Origin: a virus
Lineage: Duplodnaviria > Caudoviricetes
Length of the DNA stretch: 64,000 bases
Virus record (IMG/VR): IMGVR_UViG_3300042691_038938
Reading direction: 5' to 3' (one strand)
The position numbers and the translations under genes were made by a program. The stretch's first letter is position 1. Each line of letters begins with the position of its first letter. Shown piece after piece: positions 50,816-60,438 of the stretch. The notes beneath the pieces are model-generated. The model saw only the letters and a program-made list of their open reading frames with translations, made no database searches and was not told the DNA's origin.

Positions 50816-52661
50816 GTATCAAAAGCTAACAGATACTGAACACGTTCTTCTTAGACCCTCAATGTATATCGGATCAGTTGCGATCCACACCGGTGAGCAG
50901 CACTTATATGACGGTGAAAAGGTCTGGATAGAAGAAGTCAATTACAATCCAGGTTTCATAAAGATATTTGATGAGATCGTCTCAAACTCAGTTGACGAAC
51001 ACAGAAGAAATCCAAAACTAAACGAGATTAGAGTCACAATCGACCTAGATAAGGCCCATATCTCTATTTGGGACAACGGTGGAATCCCAGTTGAGAAACA
51101 TAAGGTCCACAAGGAATGGATCCCAGAGATGATCTTCTCAAACCTTAAGGCAGGATCCAATTTTGATGACTCAGAGCAGCGCACAGTCGCTGGAACCAAT
51201 GGAGTAGGGTCGACTTTAACTAACATATTCAGTAAAAAGTTCACGGTTTCAACCTGTGACGGCAAGAATCGCTTCGATCAGGTCTTTACTGATAACATGG
51301 GTAAGAGGACTGTTGCCAAAGTATCCCCAGCCAAGCGAGGATTCACAGAAATCTCATTCTTTCCCGACCTAGAGCGTTTTAAGATGAGAAGGATCGACGA
51401 AAAGTCCTTTGGAATACTCTTTAAACGTTGTTTGGACCTAGTTGCATGTAACAATAAGCTTACCCTAAAGCTAACTAAGATTCTGGACGGAAAAAAGAGC
51501 GATTTTGTGCTTAAATTTAAGAGCTTTGAGGAATATATTGCTCTCTACTCGCAAGATTACTTCTTTGAGGAGACTAAAGATTGGAAAATAGGTTTTGCAA
51601 GGTCAGAAAACGGCTTTCAAAACGTAAGTTTCGTCAATTCTGTTCATACTAAGGACGGCGGAACTCACGTTGAGTACATAACCAATCAGCTCATAGCCCA
51701 ACTGAGGGAAATGATCAAGAAGAAACATAAAGTAGACGTAAAACCTAGCGATATTCGTAATCATCTCTATGTTTTTATCGATTCTACGATAGTAAACTCA
51801 TTTTTTAGCTCCCAGACCAAGGAAAAGCTCATCACTGAGGTCAAGGATTTCGGAACCAAGCATGAAGTTACTGATAAGTTAGCAAAATTAGTGTTTAAGT
51901 CCGAAATAATCCAATCTGTGCTAGACTGGGTGGAGAAAAAGGCCCTAGCTCAAGAAAGAGCTGAGCTTCGAAAGCTAAATAAGGACTTAGACAAGACAAA
52001 AATCCCAAAACTGATCGACGCACAGAAAAAAGGTGATCGTGGACCTTGTATTTTAGGAATCTACGAAGGATTAAGTGCAGTATCAGCAGTTCGTAAGTTT
52101 AGGGACACTCAGACAATAGGTGCTTTCCCTCTAAAGGGTAAATTCATCAACGTAAGTGAGATGAAGAGCTCCGAAATCATTAAAAACGACGAAGCTGTGC
52201 AACTAATGGCCTCACTTGGACTAAAACTAGGAGAAGAGCCTAAAGGATTACGATACGGTCGCATCTATATCTATACTGATGCGGATCCAGACGGTAGCCA
52301 CATCGCTGCAACCCTAATAAACTTCTTCGATCGCTTCTGGCCGGAGCTTTTTGAGCAAGGTAGGGTCTACAAGGTGATGACTCCTCTTGTAGTGGCTAAA
52401 AAGGGTAAAGATTCCCTAAACTTCTACACCAATGAGGAGTTTGACGCTTGGGAGAAGAAAACCAAGACCTCAGGTTGGGAGATTGAGTACAAGAAGGGAC
52501 TTGGAGCCCTTGAGGACGCAGAATACGAAGAAATAATAAAGAATCCTTACTTAGTACAGATAAAGAACGATAAGGATTACAAGGGATCGCTAGAATCTTG
52601 GTTTGGGAGAGATTCTCAACCTAGGAAGGAAAAGATCCTCGGAAATAACGAAGAGAGATGA
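50790..52661 (+). CDS. Type IIA topoisomerase, GyrB/ParE-like subunit (gp39+gp60 fused)
   Basis: EHVLLRPSMYIGS, EIVSNSVDE, GTNGVG, EGLSA, PLKGK, TDADPDG, YKKGLG. Confidence 0.95.
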   Translation: MAKKKIEDKYQKLTDTEHVLLRPSMYIGSVAIHTGEQHLYDGEKVWIEEVNYNPGFIKIFDEIVSNSVDEHRRNPKLNEIRVTIDLDKAHISIWDNGGIPVEKHKVHKEWIPEMIFSNLKAGSNFDDSEQRTVAGTNGVGSTLTNIFSKKFTVSTCDGKNRFDQVFTDNMGKRTVAKVSPAKRGFTEISFFPDLERFKMRRIDEKSFGILFKRCLDLVACNNKLTLKLTKILDGKKSDFVLKFKSFEEYIALYSQDYFFEETKDWKIGFARSENGFQNVSFVNSVHTKDGGTHVEYITNQLIAQLREMIKKKHKVDVKPSDIRNHLYVFIDSTIVNSFFSSQTKEKLITEVKDFGTKHEVTDKLAKLVFKSEIIQSVLDWVEKKALAQERAELRKLNKDLDKTKIPKLIDAQKKGDRGPCILGIYEGLSAVSAVRKFRDTQTIGAFPLKGKFINVSEMKSSEIIKNDEAVQLMASLGLKLGEEPKGLRYGRIYIYTDADPDGSHIAATLINFFDRFWPELFEQGRVYKVMTPLVVAKKGKDSLNFYTNEEFDAWEKKTKTSGWEIEYKKGLGALEDAEYEEIIKNPYLVQIKNDKDYKGSLESWFGRDSQPRKEKILGNNEER

Positions 52662-52771
52662 AATATCATAATGAACACCAAAGAGCTCCCAAATTTATCC
52701 TTATTTGGGTCATAATCCTAGTTGGATTCTTCGCTGGAATGACAGCAATCATCTCAACCGCAATAAAATAG
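52658..52771 (+). CDS. 37-aa membrane peptide between the topoisomerase subunits
   Basis: MKYHNEHQRAPKFILIWVIILVGFFAGMTAIISTAIK; ATGA overlap. Confidence 0.4.
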   Translation: MKYHNEHQRAPKFILIWVIILVGFFAGMTAIISTAIK

Positions 52772-52777
52772 AGAAGA

Positions 52778-54151
52778 ATGGCAAAACCCATCATAAAAAC
52801 AGTAACTGACTACTTAGACAACGATTATAAGGAATATGCAGTCTATGTTGTCGAAGAGAGAGCAATACCTTCAGTGATTGACGGGTTCAAGCCCACTCAA
52901 CGTAAGGTGATATTCATTGCCAATAAGGTATGGAGAAACGGGAGTGAGAAACCACTAAAGATATTTCAGTTAGCCGGTAGAGTCGCAGCAGACGCCTTTT
53001 ATCACCATGGAGACGGATCCTTAAACTCTGCGATCATTGGAATGGCTCAAAGATTCAAAAACTCTATGCCTGTCCTAGAAGATATTGGACAGTTCGGTTC
53101 TTTGCGATCGCCGGAGGCGGCCGCTCCTCGATATATCGCAACTAGATTACATAAGAACTTTAGACTTCTATACAAGGACTTTGAGCTTCTTGAATCTAGA
53201 CACGAGGAGGGCAATGAGATCGAACCTAAATACTTTTTACCCATAATTCCTACTGTTCTCCTAAATGGAGGTAGCGGAATCGCAGTCGGCTTCTCAACCA
53301 ACATCCTAAATAGAAACCCTTTGCACCTAATTGATGCCTGCTTAAAGTCGCTGGAAGGTAAAAAATATACTGAGCCTGCACCATGGTATCAGGAATTTAG
53401 AGGAACATGTCAGCTATTAGATACTCCTGATGCTAAGTTCTCATGGCTATTTTCAGGCAAGTATGAGGTAAGGAACACATCCACTGTCACGATCAGCGAT
53501 CTTCCTCCTTCCGTTACCTATGAGAAGTTTGATCAATATCTAATAGATCTTGAGGATTCTCGTAGGATTGTGAGCTATGAAAACAACTGTAAGTCGAACA
53601 TAAGTTATACTATAAAGTTCAGAAGAGAGGACCTAAAAGCTCTTTCTGATTCTTCCAGGCTAAACCGATTCCTAAAGATGGAGGAGAAGCAGACTGAAAA
53701 CTTCACAGTATTAGATGAGTTCGGCAAGCTTAAAGTATTTACTTCAGCCAGTGAGATCATTGAGTATTTCGTCAGCTTTAGGCTCTCTTTCTACGATAAG
53801 CGTAAGCAGTACCTAATAGACAAAGCAGAACAAGAATTATTAGTCCTTTCAAACAAGGCCAGGTTCATCAAGGATATTATTGATGGCAAACTAAAGGTGA
53901 ACAATGTTCCTCGTAAGGAGATAGTTCTGTATTTACAGACTGCTGATTTTGATGAGGTAAACGGATCGTATCAGTATCTACTTTCTCTTCCTATCTATAC
54001 TCTTACTAAGGAGACGTATGAGGAATTGATCGAAGCTGAAAAGCAAAAAATTGAGGAAATCACTAGGCTAAAAGCGATGGAACCTAAACAAATGTATAGG
54101 GAAGATTTACAAGAATTGAAAAAAGCCCTACAAAAGGAGTATAATAACTAA
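52778..54151 (+). CDS. Type IIA topoisomerase, GyrA/ParC-like subunit (gp52)
   Basis: RAIPSVIDGFKPTQRK, YHHGD, AAPRY catalytic Tyr. Confidence 0.95.
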   Translation: MAKPIIKTVTDYLDNDYKEYAVYVVEERAIPSVIDGFKPTQRKVIFIANKVWRNGSEKPLKIFQLAGRVAADAFYHHGDGSLNSAIIGMAQRFKNSMPVLEDIGQFGSLRSPEAAAPRYIATRLHKNFRLLYKDFELLESRHEEGNEIEPKYFLPIIPTVLLNGGSGIAVGFSTNILNRNPLHLIDACLKSLEGKKYTEPAPWYQEFRGTCQLLDTPDAKFSWLFSGKYEVRNTSTVTISDLPPSVTYEKFDQYLIDLEDSRRIVSYENNCKSNISYTIKFRREDLKALSDSSRLNRFLKMEEKQTENFTVLDEFGKLKVFTSASEIIEYFVSFRLSFYDKRKQYLIDKAEQELLVLSNKARFIKDIIDGKLKVNNVPRKEIVLYLQTADFDEVNGSYQYLLSLPIYTLTKETYEELIEAEKQKIEEITRLKAMEPKQMYREDLQELKKALQKEYNN

Positions 54152-54154
54152 AAT

Positions 54155-54394
54155 ATGGCAGAATTCTCAAAACAATACTGTGAAAGAAAGTTTCCTGAGA
54201 TGCCAGGAGACTTTGATATCCTGGAAATGGCTAAGGATCTTTCTAACGGCAACTATGTTCCCATGATCTGTGAGGGTTATGGATTCATCGCTATAGGTAA
54301 GGACGAGACTGGATCGATAGTGCTCGCATTTCCTGAAGATTCTAACCCGACTCCATCAGCGATTTGGAAACCTTATGAGGAAGTCGTAGTTTAA
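54155..54394 (+). CDS. Hypothetical protein
   Basis: MAEFSKQYC...ICEGYG. Confidence 0.6.
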   Translation: MAEFSKQYCERKFPEMPGDFDILEMAKDLSNGNYVPMICEGYGFIAIGKDETGSIVLAFPEDSNPTPSAIWKPYEEVVV

Positions 54395-54410
54395 TAGAAA
54401 AACTTAAACG

Positions 54411-54677
54411 ATGAAGCTTCTTACTTTACTTACTTTTTTCACAAGCATGGGTATAGCCTTATCCCAGGAACCCATCATAAATGATTATGTCGTGGCTACG
54501 CCAGACAGATCTAAAGTCTGGATAATAAACAATCCGACTGGTCAATTAATATACGACAACTGGCAACAGAATCCAGAATACAATGGAATTAGGCCAAGTG
54601 TTGCCCTAGTTGAGGACCTGGAACCATATCGTAGGAGGGTAAAAAAGATGACTAAAAATTCTAAAAAAAGCAAATAA
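54411..54677 (+). CDS. Small secreted hypothetical protein
   Basis: Signal peptide ...IALS|Q. Confidence 0.55.
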   Translation: MKLLTLLTFFTSMGIALSQEPIINDYVVATPDRSKVWIINNPTGQLIYDNWQQNPEYNGIRPSVALVEDLEPYRRRVKKMTKNSKKSK

Positions 54678-54678
54678 T

Positions 54679-55107
54679 ATGACTATTGCACAAGCATTAA
54701 AAGAAAAGAACAAAAAGGTGACTAAGTTATCTAGTATGTGGGACAGACTTCAGCGTTACAACGTGGTGAATGAGGGAGAGGCTAAACCGTATACTAGCGA
54801 AAATACTTGGGAGGAGATCAATCGATTAACTAGCGAACTGATAGAATTAAAGACTAGAATTCATGCGGCGTCTGAGCCTGTTCGAGCTAAGATCTTTATG
54901 CTTTCTGAACTAAAGAGCAAGGCACAACGACTAAAGGGTATGAACACAAACAATGGAACCTATAGAGATCGTTATTCTGAAACAACTATCTCACAAGTAG
55001 CAGAGTTTGATGTGCTTTGGAAGGACGGAATGGTTGAACTTATCGAAATGGAAATAGAAACTATTCAGGAAGAACTAGATAAGTTTAACCATACAACGAA
55101 CATCTAG
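54679..55107 (+). CDS. DIP1984-like coiled-coil protein
   Basis: MTIAQAL, NVVNEGE.KP, DRYSE, FNHTTNI parallel the recalled DIP1984-family pattern MKLAEAL..VQEGE.P..DRYS..ANWTTEL. Confidence 0.7.
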   Translation: MTIAQALKEKNKKVTKLSSMWDRLQRYNVVNEGEAKPYTSENTWEEINRLTSELIELKTRIHAASEPVRAKIFMLSELKSKAQRLKGMNTNNGTYRDRYSETTISQVAEFDVLWKDGMVELIEMEIETIQEELDKFNHTTNI

Positions 55108-55300
55108 GGCGGGCCCAAGACTAGGGAGCGGACTATTAGTATGTGAAGCAGCAAAGCTTTGTACAACTTCTAGACTTTAAAGGATGTTAGATGGTGATTG
55201 TGAGGGTCAAGATTCAAGATTCATAATGGTTCAACACTCTTCTGTCAAACATCAAAACTCTGGATTACTTTTAGACCATCACTTTTCACGGGCTTGCCCT
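55106..55300 (+). ncRNA. Putative ~195-nt structured ncRNA or 3' RNA element
   Basis: Ends pair (AGGGCGGGCCC 55106-55116 with GGGCTTGCCCT 55290-55300); internal helices; periodic TCAA motifs; followed by a terminator. Confidence 0.6.
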
Positions 55301-55311
55301 CCTATATATAG

Positions 55312-55340
55312 AAGAAGAGGATCTTTCGATCCTCTTCTTT
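55312..55340. terminator. Bidirectional terminator
   Basis: AAGAAGAGGATC-TTTC-GATCCTCTTCTT. Confidence 0.85.
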
Positions 55341-55341
55341 G

Positions 55342-56271
55342 TTATAATATGATTTCTAAGATCTTTTCAGCGACGCTAATAAATTGATCACTAGTTAATA
55401 CTGGTTCTCCAGGCTGAGTCGAAACTAATGCATACACGATTCTGCTTCTATCTGAGATTCCTATTACTGCATGATCATCGTTATCGTTACTATCTCCTCC
55501 ATCGTCGTCTTCAAATTCGTGAGTTATGCCATCCGAACTTCCTGGAATCAAGATCAGGTGATTTATCGTAGGGTCTGTGTCCAATGGATCTTCCAAATTA
55601 GTCTTATAGAAAAGGGTCCAGCCAGGTATGACTTCTTCAATTGATCCGCCATTAACCGTGTCTTCATCTGAACCTACATTACCTGTTATCGAAAATTCTG
55701 ATACTGATGTATTGTCAGCAACCATCACAAAGAGTCCAGGATACATGTTTGTGAAGTACTTTGATCCTGGTCCAAAGTAAGAGTTTCCGTCGCTTACTAT
55801 ACCATCCATTGGAGGACTTGTGTATTCGTTCTCATCATCTTCATTATCAGCCTGAGTGTGAGTGTACGGTATGCTGGTTGCTGCTAATGGATTATCCTCG
55901 TCTATCCCACCTTCTTTAATGATATCATACAGATTAGTCAAGTTAGTGTTCAAGTAGTTTCCACCGTCGTACATATCGTCTCCTCCGTCGTTTATTCCTG
56001 GCAAAGGATCGCCAGTCTCCCCGCTCGTAGTGTAATCGTCCCAAAAAAGATAGATGTTCGGCACAAGAGCAGTGATTTCAGAATACTTAGCATTCAATTT
56101 ACTTAAAGCTAGATCTATCCACTCGCTAGTTTGGATTCTGCTGCCGCCTCCTACTCCTCCTTGAGCTTGAAGTCTCATGCGCATTGCTTGCTCATATAGA
56201 GCCTGTTGTTCAAAGAAAGATCGCAAGTCCTTTTGTTCTCTGCTCTCTTCTCCCCAATTTATAAATGACAT
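55342..56271 (-). CDS. Acidic late hypothetical protein (possible head decoration/internal protein)
   Basis: 309 aa, Asp/Gly-rich; downstream of the capsid operon. Confidence 0.55.
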   Translation of the reverse strand: MSFINWGEESREQKDLRSFFEQQALYEQAMRMRLQAQGGVGGGSRIQTSEWIDLALSKLNAKYSEITALVPNIYLFWDDYTTSGETGDPLPGINDGGDDMYDGGNYLNTNLTNLYDIIKEGGIDEDNPLAATSIPYTHTQADNEDDENEYTSPPMDGIVSDGNSYFGPGSKYFTNMYPGLFVMVADNTSVSEFSITGNVGSDEDTVNGGSIEEVIPGWTLFYKTNLEDPLDTDPTINHLILIPGSSDGITHEFEDDDGGDSNDNDDHAVIGISDRSRIVYALVSTQPGEPVLTSDQFISVAEKILEIIL

Positions 56272-56280
56272 AATAAAAGA

Positions 56281-56643
56281 TTATTTTAGTGTAAGCAAGT
56301 ATTTTAGCTTATTTACTGCAGCAAGCAGCTCATCTCTCAGGTTTAAGAGATCACTATCTCGTTGAGGATTTAACTGATTATTAAGAGACAATAGGAAATC
56401 TGTAATAGTCTCTAAGAACTCATCCTGGTTCATCTCGCCGATGTTTGATAAGATAATTTGATCATCCTTTTCTACTGCAAGACGTCCATATTTTCCCATG
56501 TATATCTCTACGAAATCATCAGTCAGAGCGCTAAATGTATCGTATGCTTCTCCATATGCTTGGTGTCGTGCGTAGGATTGGGTCTGCCAGTGTAGTACTT
56601 TAAACTGTGACTGTATGCCCAAGAACATTGATATGATTGTCAT
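56281..56643 (-). CDS. Ferritin/Dps-like four-helix protein (DUF5856-like)
   Basis: VLHWQT.SYARH.A....YD......D..VE..MGKYG; late promoter at 56659-56665. Confidence 0.75.
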   Translation of the reverse strand: MTIISMFLGIQSQFKVLHWQTQSYARHQAYGEAYDTFSALTDDFVEIYMGKYGRLAVEKDDQIILSNIGEMNQDEFLETITDFLLSLNNQLNPQRDSDLLNLRDELLAAVNKLKYLLTLK

Positions 56644-56679
56644 CTTGTGAGTTTTTATTATTTATCTCTATAAACAAAA

Positions 56680-56706
56680 AAAGAGGACTCTTACGAATCC
56701 TCTTTC
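56680..56706 (-). terminator. Terminator after the major capsid gene
   Basis: AAAGAGGA-CTCTTACGAA-TCCTCTTT inverted repeat. Confidence 0.7.
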
Positions 56707-56726
56707 TATATTTGCTTTTATTCAGA

Positions 56727-58394
56727 TTAGCTGAATGAAGGAGCAACACCACCAGTAAGAACTGCGATATCACCTTGGATATCCATGTTCACATACTGAG
56801 TTTCAGGATGCCATCCACCCTCTGTGATCGCGTAACGAGATTTCATACCGATCTTAGGAGAGAATGTTCCTTCAGAGATAGTCTGAAGAGATTCAGCCAT
56901 GATGTACGGCATGAATTTAACTCCAGGCTCCTCGTCTGCACCTTTACGTCCGATACAGATTCTTGGATCTCCCCAAGATAAGTTAGGATCAACGTAAACT
57001 TGTACACCGTAAACTTTACCAGCTGGGTAAAGGTTACCTGCAACACCGCCCATATCAGTAGGTACAGTTGCAATAGAGTAACCAGCAACGTCAGCCAAAG
57101 CAGAAGCAAGGCGACCGTTGGTTACCATGAATGTACCAGCACCGAAACGACCTCTGTGGTAGATTAGGTTAGCAAGTTCAAGAACTTTAGTAACCAATCT
57201 TCTTTGCAATGTAGAAACGTTTTCGAATCCACCTGCACCAGCAGCTAGGTCAAGAGTAGTGATTCCAGCACCCTCAACTAGCGCGATCTCACCGTTGTGA
57301 TAATCAGCCAATTGGAATACTCGGTCAACCAATCTCTTATTGATAGATTGAGCAAGCTCGTTAACTGCTACGTTCTCTAACATAGAGATAACGTCGTAGT
57401 TCCAAACTCTGTTCAAGTCTTGGATCTGCTCAACAGTTGCAGAGATTGATACTTGATCAGTCTCAGCTTCAACGAACTTAGTGAACATTCTAAGACCCAT
57501 TTGACGGAACTTAGAGTTCTCACCAGCTTCTCTCTTCATTGATCCAGGAACGTTTCCTGTACCAGGAAGGTAAGAACCATTGAATTGGCTGCTAGTTGAA
57601 GATGTACCAGCATCCCAGTAATCAGCATCAGAAACTGATGTGAAACCAGAAATGTGGTTCTCTAAAGCAGAAACCAACTGAACGTTAGCTGGAACAATTG
57701 CAGCAGAAGTATCACCAGCAATAGTGAAAGTAACACCATTCAACTGAGTTGCAAGAGAATCACTAGTTCCATCGTCTTCAAGGATACGAACAATTGCCGT
57801 TCCGTCTACACGAGAGAATCCAACGAAATCTGCAGATCCACCCCAACCTGCACCACCGGGAGTAACAGCGTCACCCGCAACAGCACTGTTGAAAGTAGAG
57901 TAGTCAAAACCTACAAGTTTAACCAAGTAAGGTTCGAACTCAGAACCAGAAGTACGACCTCCAGCATATAGATAATCCAAGTAAGGAAGGAATCCAACTG
58001 GAGAATCCATAGGGATAACTGGAACTAGGTCGAAACCAATAGTTTTTGCTGCTACTTGAATAGCAACTGGTAAAAGTGATGGAAATTTATCACCAGAACC
58101 GTTAGCGCTAGCTGAGAAAGAATTCTTAGCTCCTGCAGTGAACGGAGTCATTGCTGATGTTGGAGCTGATGGGTTCCCCATGAAACCACCAAGAGATCCT
58201 GGTGTTTGGAAGAACACTCCTGGAGAAGAATTCTCGAATACAGGTGCTGTGTTGTCGAAGATCGCGTGGTTGTGAGCGTACTCAGCTAACCAAGGCGTGT
58301 TCTCAACGTTCGCACCATATCCTTCAAGAATCGGCTTCCAGGTGTTTGTCAAACGAGTGTCGTTTGAACGTCTGAAAATTTTAGTACGTGCCAT
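56727..58394 (-). CDS. Major capsid protein (T4 gp23-like)
   Basis: WKPILE, DLVPVIPMDSPVG, EQIQDL, NELAQSINK, FMPY, GMKSRYA motifs. Confidence 0.92.
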   Translation of the reverse strand: MARTKIFRRSNDTRLTNTWKPILEGYGANVENTPWLAEYAHNHAIFDNTAPVFENSSPGVFFQTPGSLGGFMGNPSAPTSAMTPFTAGAKNSFSASANGSGDKFPSLLPVAIQVAAKTIGFDLVPVIPMDSPVGFLPYLDYLYAGGRTSGSEFEPYLVKLVGFDYSTFNSAVAGDAVTPGGAGWGGSADFVGFSRVDGTAIVRILEDDGTSDSLATQLNGVTFTIAGDTSAAIVPANVQLVSALENHISGFTSVSDADYWDAGTSSTSSQFNGSYLPGTGNVPGSMKREAGENSKFRQMGLRMFTKFVEAETDQVSISATVEQIQDLNRVWNYDVISMLENVAVNELAQSINKRLVDRVFQLADYHNGEIALVEGAGITTLDLAAGAGGFENVSTLQRRLVTKVLELANLIYHRGRFGAGTFMVTNGRLASALADVAGYSIATVPTDMGGVAGNLYPAGKVYGVQVYVDPNLSWGDPRICIGRKGADEEPGVKFMPYIMAESLQTISEGTFSPKIGMKSRYAITEGGWHPETQYVNMDIQGDIAVLTGGVAPSFS

Positions 58395-58423
58395 TTTTAT
58401 ACACTGATTTTTTTAGTTGTTTA

Positions 58424-60394
58424 TTACCCTCGGTAGTTTGCTCCTCTGAGCATGTTCTCTAGGTAATTTTGAGAGTAACCTCTCTGCATCTCAACAACCT
58501 GATTTACAGGTACTAGGCCTTCTGTACTTTGGCTCTCGTTGAGTTGTTGCATTTTATTATTTTGTTTTTGAATTTCAATTCTTTCGTTAACTCCTCTTAG
58601 GTCTACTTCGTCCCAGAAAGCTTTAACTTGATATGGAGTGTTCACTGAATAAAGCTGAGCTTTTGCGTGAATTCTTCCTTGCTCGCTCTCATTCATCTCG
58701 TTCCAGATAGGTTTGTACTCAGCTGGCATGAATCGTAAGTAAGTAGGAATGTTTTGCTCTTTGTGATTGATCACTGCTTCCATGATTCCAGTGATATCAT
58801 TCTCATTGAACCATACTGATCCGTTAAGAGCTTCTACGATAGCTTGTTTAGTTCCTGCTTCAAGACCAAAGAAAGATTTCTTGTTTGCCTCACTCATAAC
58901 CTTTAAGAAAGGATATTTGTTTTCAAGCACTGCTTTAGAAGACTTATCGTTTACTTCAGTGATCACTCGGTCAACTTTAGAGATAAGGTTATCGATTGAG
59001 CTAGACTCATTCAATCCGCTAACTCCTCCAAGAACGTTTCTAGTTCTTAGTTTAGTTCCGTCTGTTAAAGACTCGGCAATGTACTCAGAGTATCCAATAG
59101 ATTGTCCAAGTTTTTCAGATAAGTACTGAGCGTATTCTCTGTTCAAGTTAACGTTCTCAGAAACGTATTCAGTAAATTCAATTCCTCGGTTAGCACCTTC
59201 AGCAACGTATTCTGTGTACTGGATGTTTTTGTCAAGCTCCTCAGCCAAGTAGTTTTGGTACTTGATAGAATTGTTTAAGCTCTCTTTAATGTATTCAGAA
59301 TAGTTGATAGACTGATTCAATTTCTCAGAAACATAATCTTGGTAGTTTACTGAACGGTTCAACATCTCTCCAAGGTAAGAAGAATATTCGATACCATTGT
59401 TCGCTGTCTCAGCAACGTGCTCAGTATAATTAATAGACTGATTTACCTTGTGAGAAAGATAATCAGCGTAATTGATTACTCCCTCAAGAGATTCTGCCAA
59501 GTAATTAACATAGCTTCTCAAATCAGAGTCAGTACTTGGAGAATTTTGTGATGATTCAAGCACGGATCTGTGATTCTTCAATTCTTTCTTAATACCAGTG
59601 AACTGTTTTTGCAGAACTTCGGAATACTTATCCATCTGCTCTTTTGTTACAAACTCTGCCATTGTGTTGTTATTTTTTTGTTCTTGTATAGTTCGCTGGA
59701 AATTGTTTCCTGAACTATTTTCTAGTTTATTTATCTTGTAAACTTTAAAATTGTCTGCAAAGTTTAAACTTTCAGATAAGTCAACTAGTCCAGATTTTTG
59801 TATTAAGGAATTTTCTTTCATTGATGAGTAACTCTCGTTAATCATCGAGAAGTTAGACTTAAGAGATTCGCTCACAGTCTGACGAAGAACAGCCTCAGTA
59901 AAACCAGGCTCTCCGACTAAATCGTAAGTAAATATTCTTTGTAATTTTACTGCTCCGCTCTCGCTTACTTGACCTGCGGCTCTAGAAGAGATCGACAATT
60001 GAACTCCTCCATCGATGAGTGCTTTGGCAAGCTTTCCATGAGGAGTGTTCTCCAAGAGTCTTACTTTAATATGGACCTTGTTTCCTCCGTCATAATTAAG
60101 ACCCTCAATGATGTGTGATGCCTCGCTCAACTTAGCCTCAAAGTGCTGAGGGTGATCGATTGTTCCAACCAACTGTCTTTTTGAGATCTTGTCCTGCAAG
60201 TAAGTAAGATGAGGAAGGTATTCAGTCTTTTCGTATACCCTACGATTGTTATTCATCTGACCAAACACGGCACATACTCCTTCGAGTACTGTTCCTGCCG
60301 ATCCGGTGTTCTGAACTTGGAGTTTTTCTCCAACGTTCTCTACGATTAGCACCCAATCATTACGATCGATTTGTGCTGAGTTAGGATTCATCAA
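58424..60394 (-). CDS. Prohead protease (gp21-like) fused to scaffold/core domain
   Basis: LEGVC..FGQMNNNRRVY, GTIDHP, LSISSRAAG, TYDLVGEPGF; 14-aa helical repeats; late promoter at 60412-60418. Confidence 0.88.
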   Translation of the reverse strand: MMNPNSAQIDRNDWVLIVENVGEKLQVQNTGSAGTVLEGVCAVFGQMNNNRRVYEKTEYLPHLTYLQDKISKRQLVGTIDHPQHFEAKLSEASHIIEGLNYDGGNKVHIKVRLLENTPHGKLAKALIDGGVQLSISSRAAGQVSESGAVKLQRIFTYDLVGEPGFTEAVLRQTVSESLKSNFSMINESYSSMKENSLIQKSGLVDLSESLNFADNFKVYKINKLENSSGNNFQRTIQEQKNNNTMAEFVTKEQMDKYSEVLQKQFTGIKKELKNHRSVLESSQNSPSTDSDLRSYVNYLAESLEGVINYADYLSHKVNQSINYTEHVAETANNGIEYSSYLGEMLNRSVNYQDYVSEKLNQSINYSEYIKESLNNSIKYQNYLAEELDKNIQYTEYVAEGANRGIEFTEYVSENVNLNREYAQYLSEKLGQSIGYSEYIAESLTDGTKLRTRNVLGGVSGLNESSSIDNLISKVDRVITEVNDKSSKAVLENKYPFLKVMSEANKKSFFGLEAGTKQAIVEALNGSVWFNENDITGIMEAVINHKEQNIPTYLRFMPAEYKPIWNEMNESEQGRIHAKAQLYSVNTPYQVKAFWDEVDLRGVNERIEIQKQNNKMQQLNESQSTEGLVPVNQVVEMQRGYSQNYLENMLRGANYRG

Positions 60395-60438
60395 AGCCTA
60401 AAATTTTTTATTATTTATTATGGCTTTGAGTAATTTTT

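Noticed and set aside
55105-55180. Programmed readthrough or frameshift at TAG-GGC followed by a stem
   Set aside because: All three frames close within 25 codons, so no meaningful extension exists.
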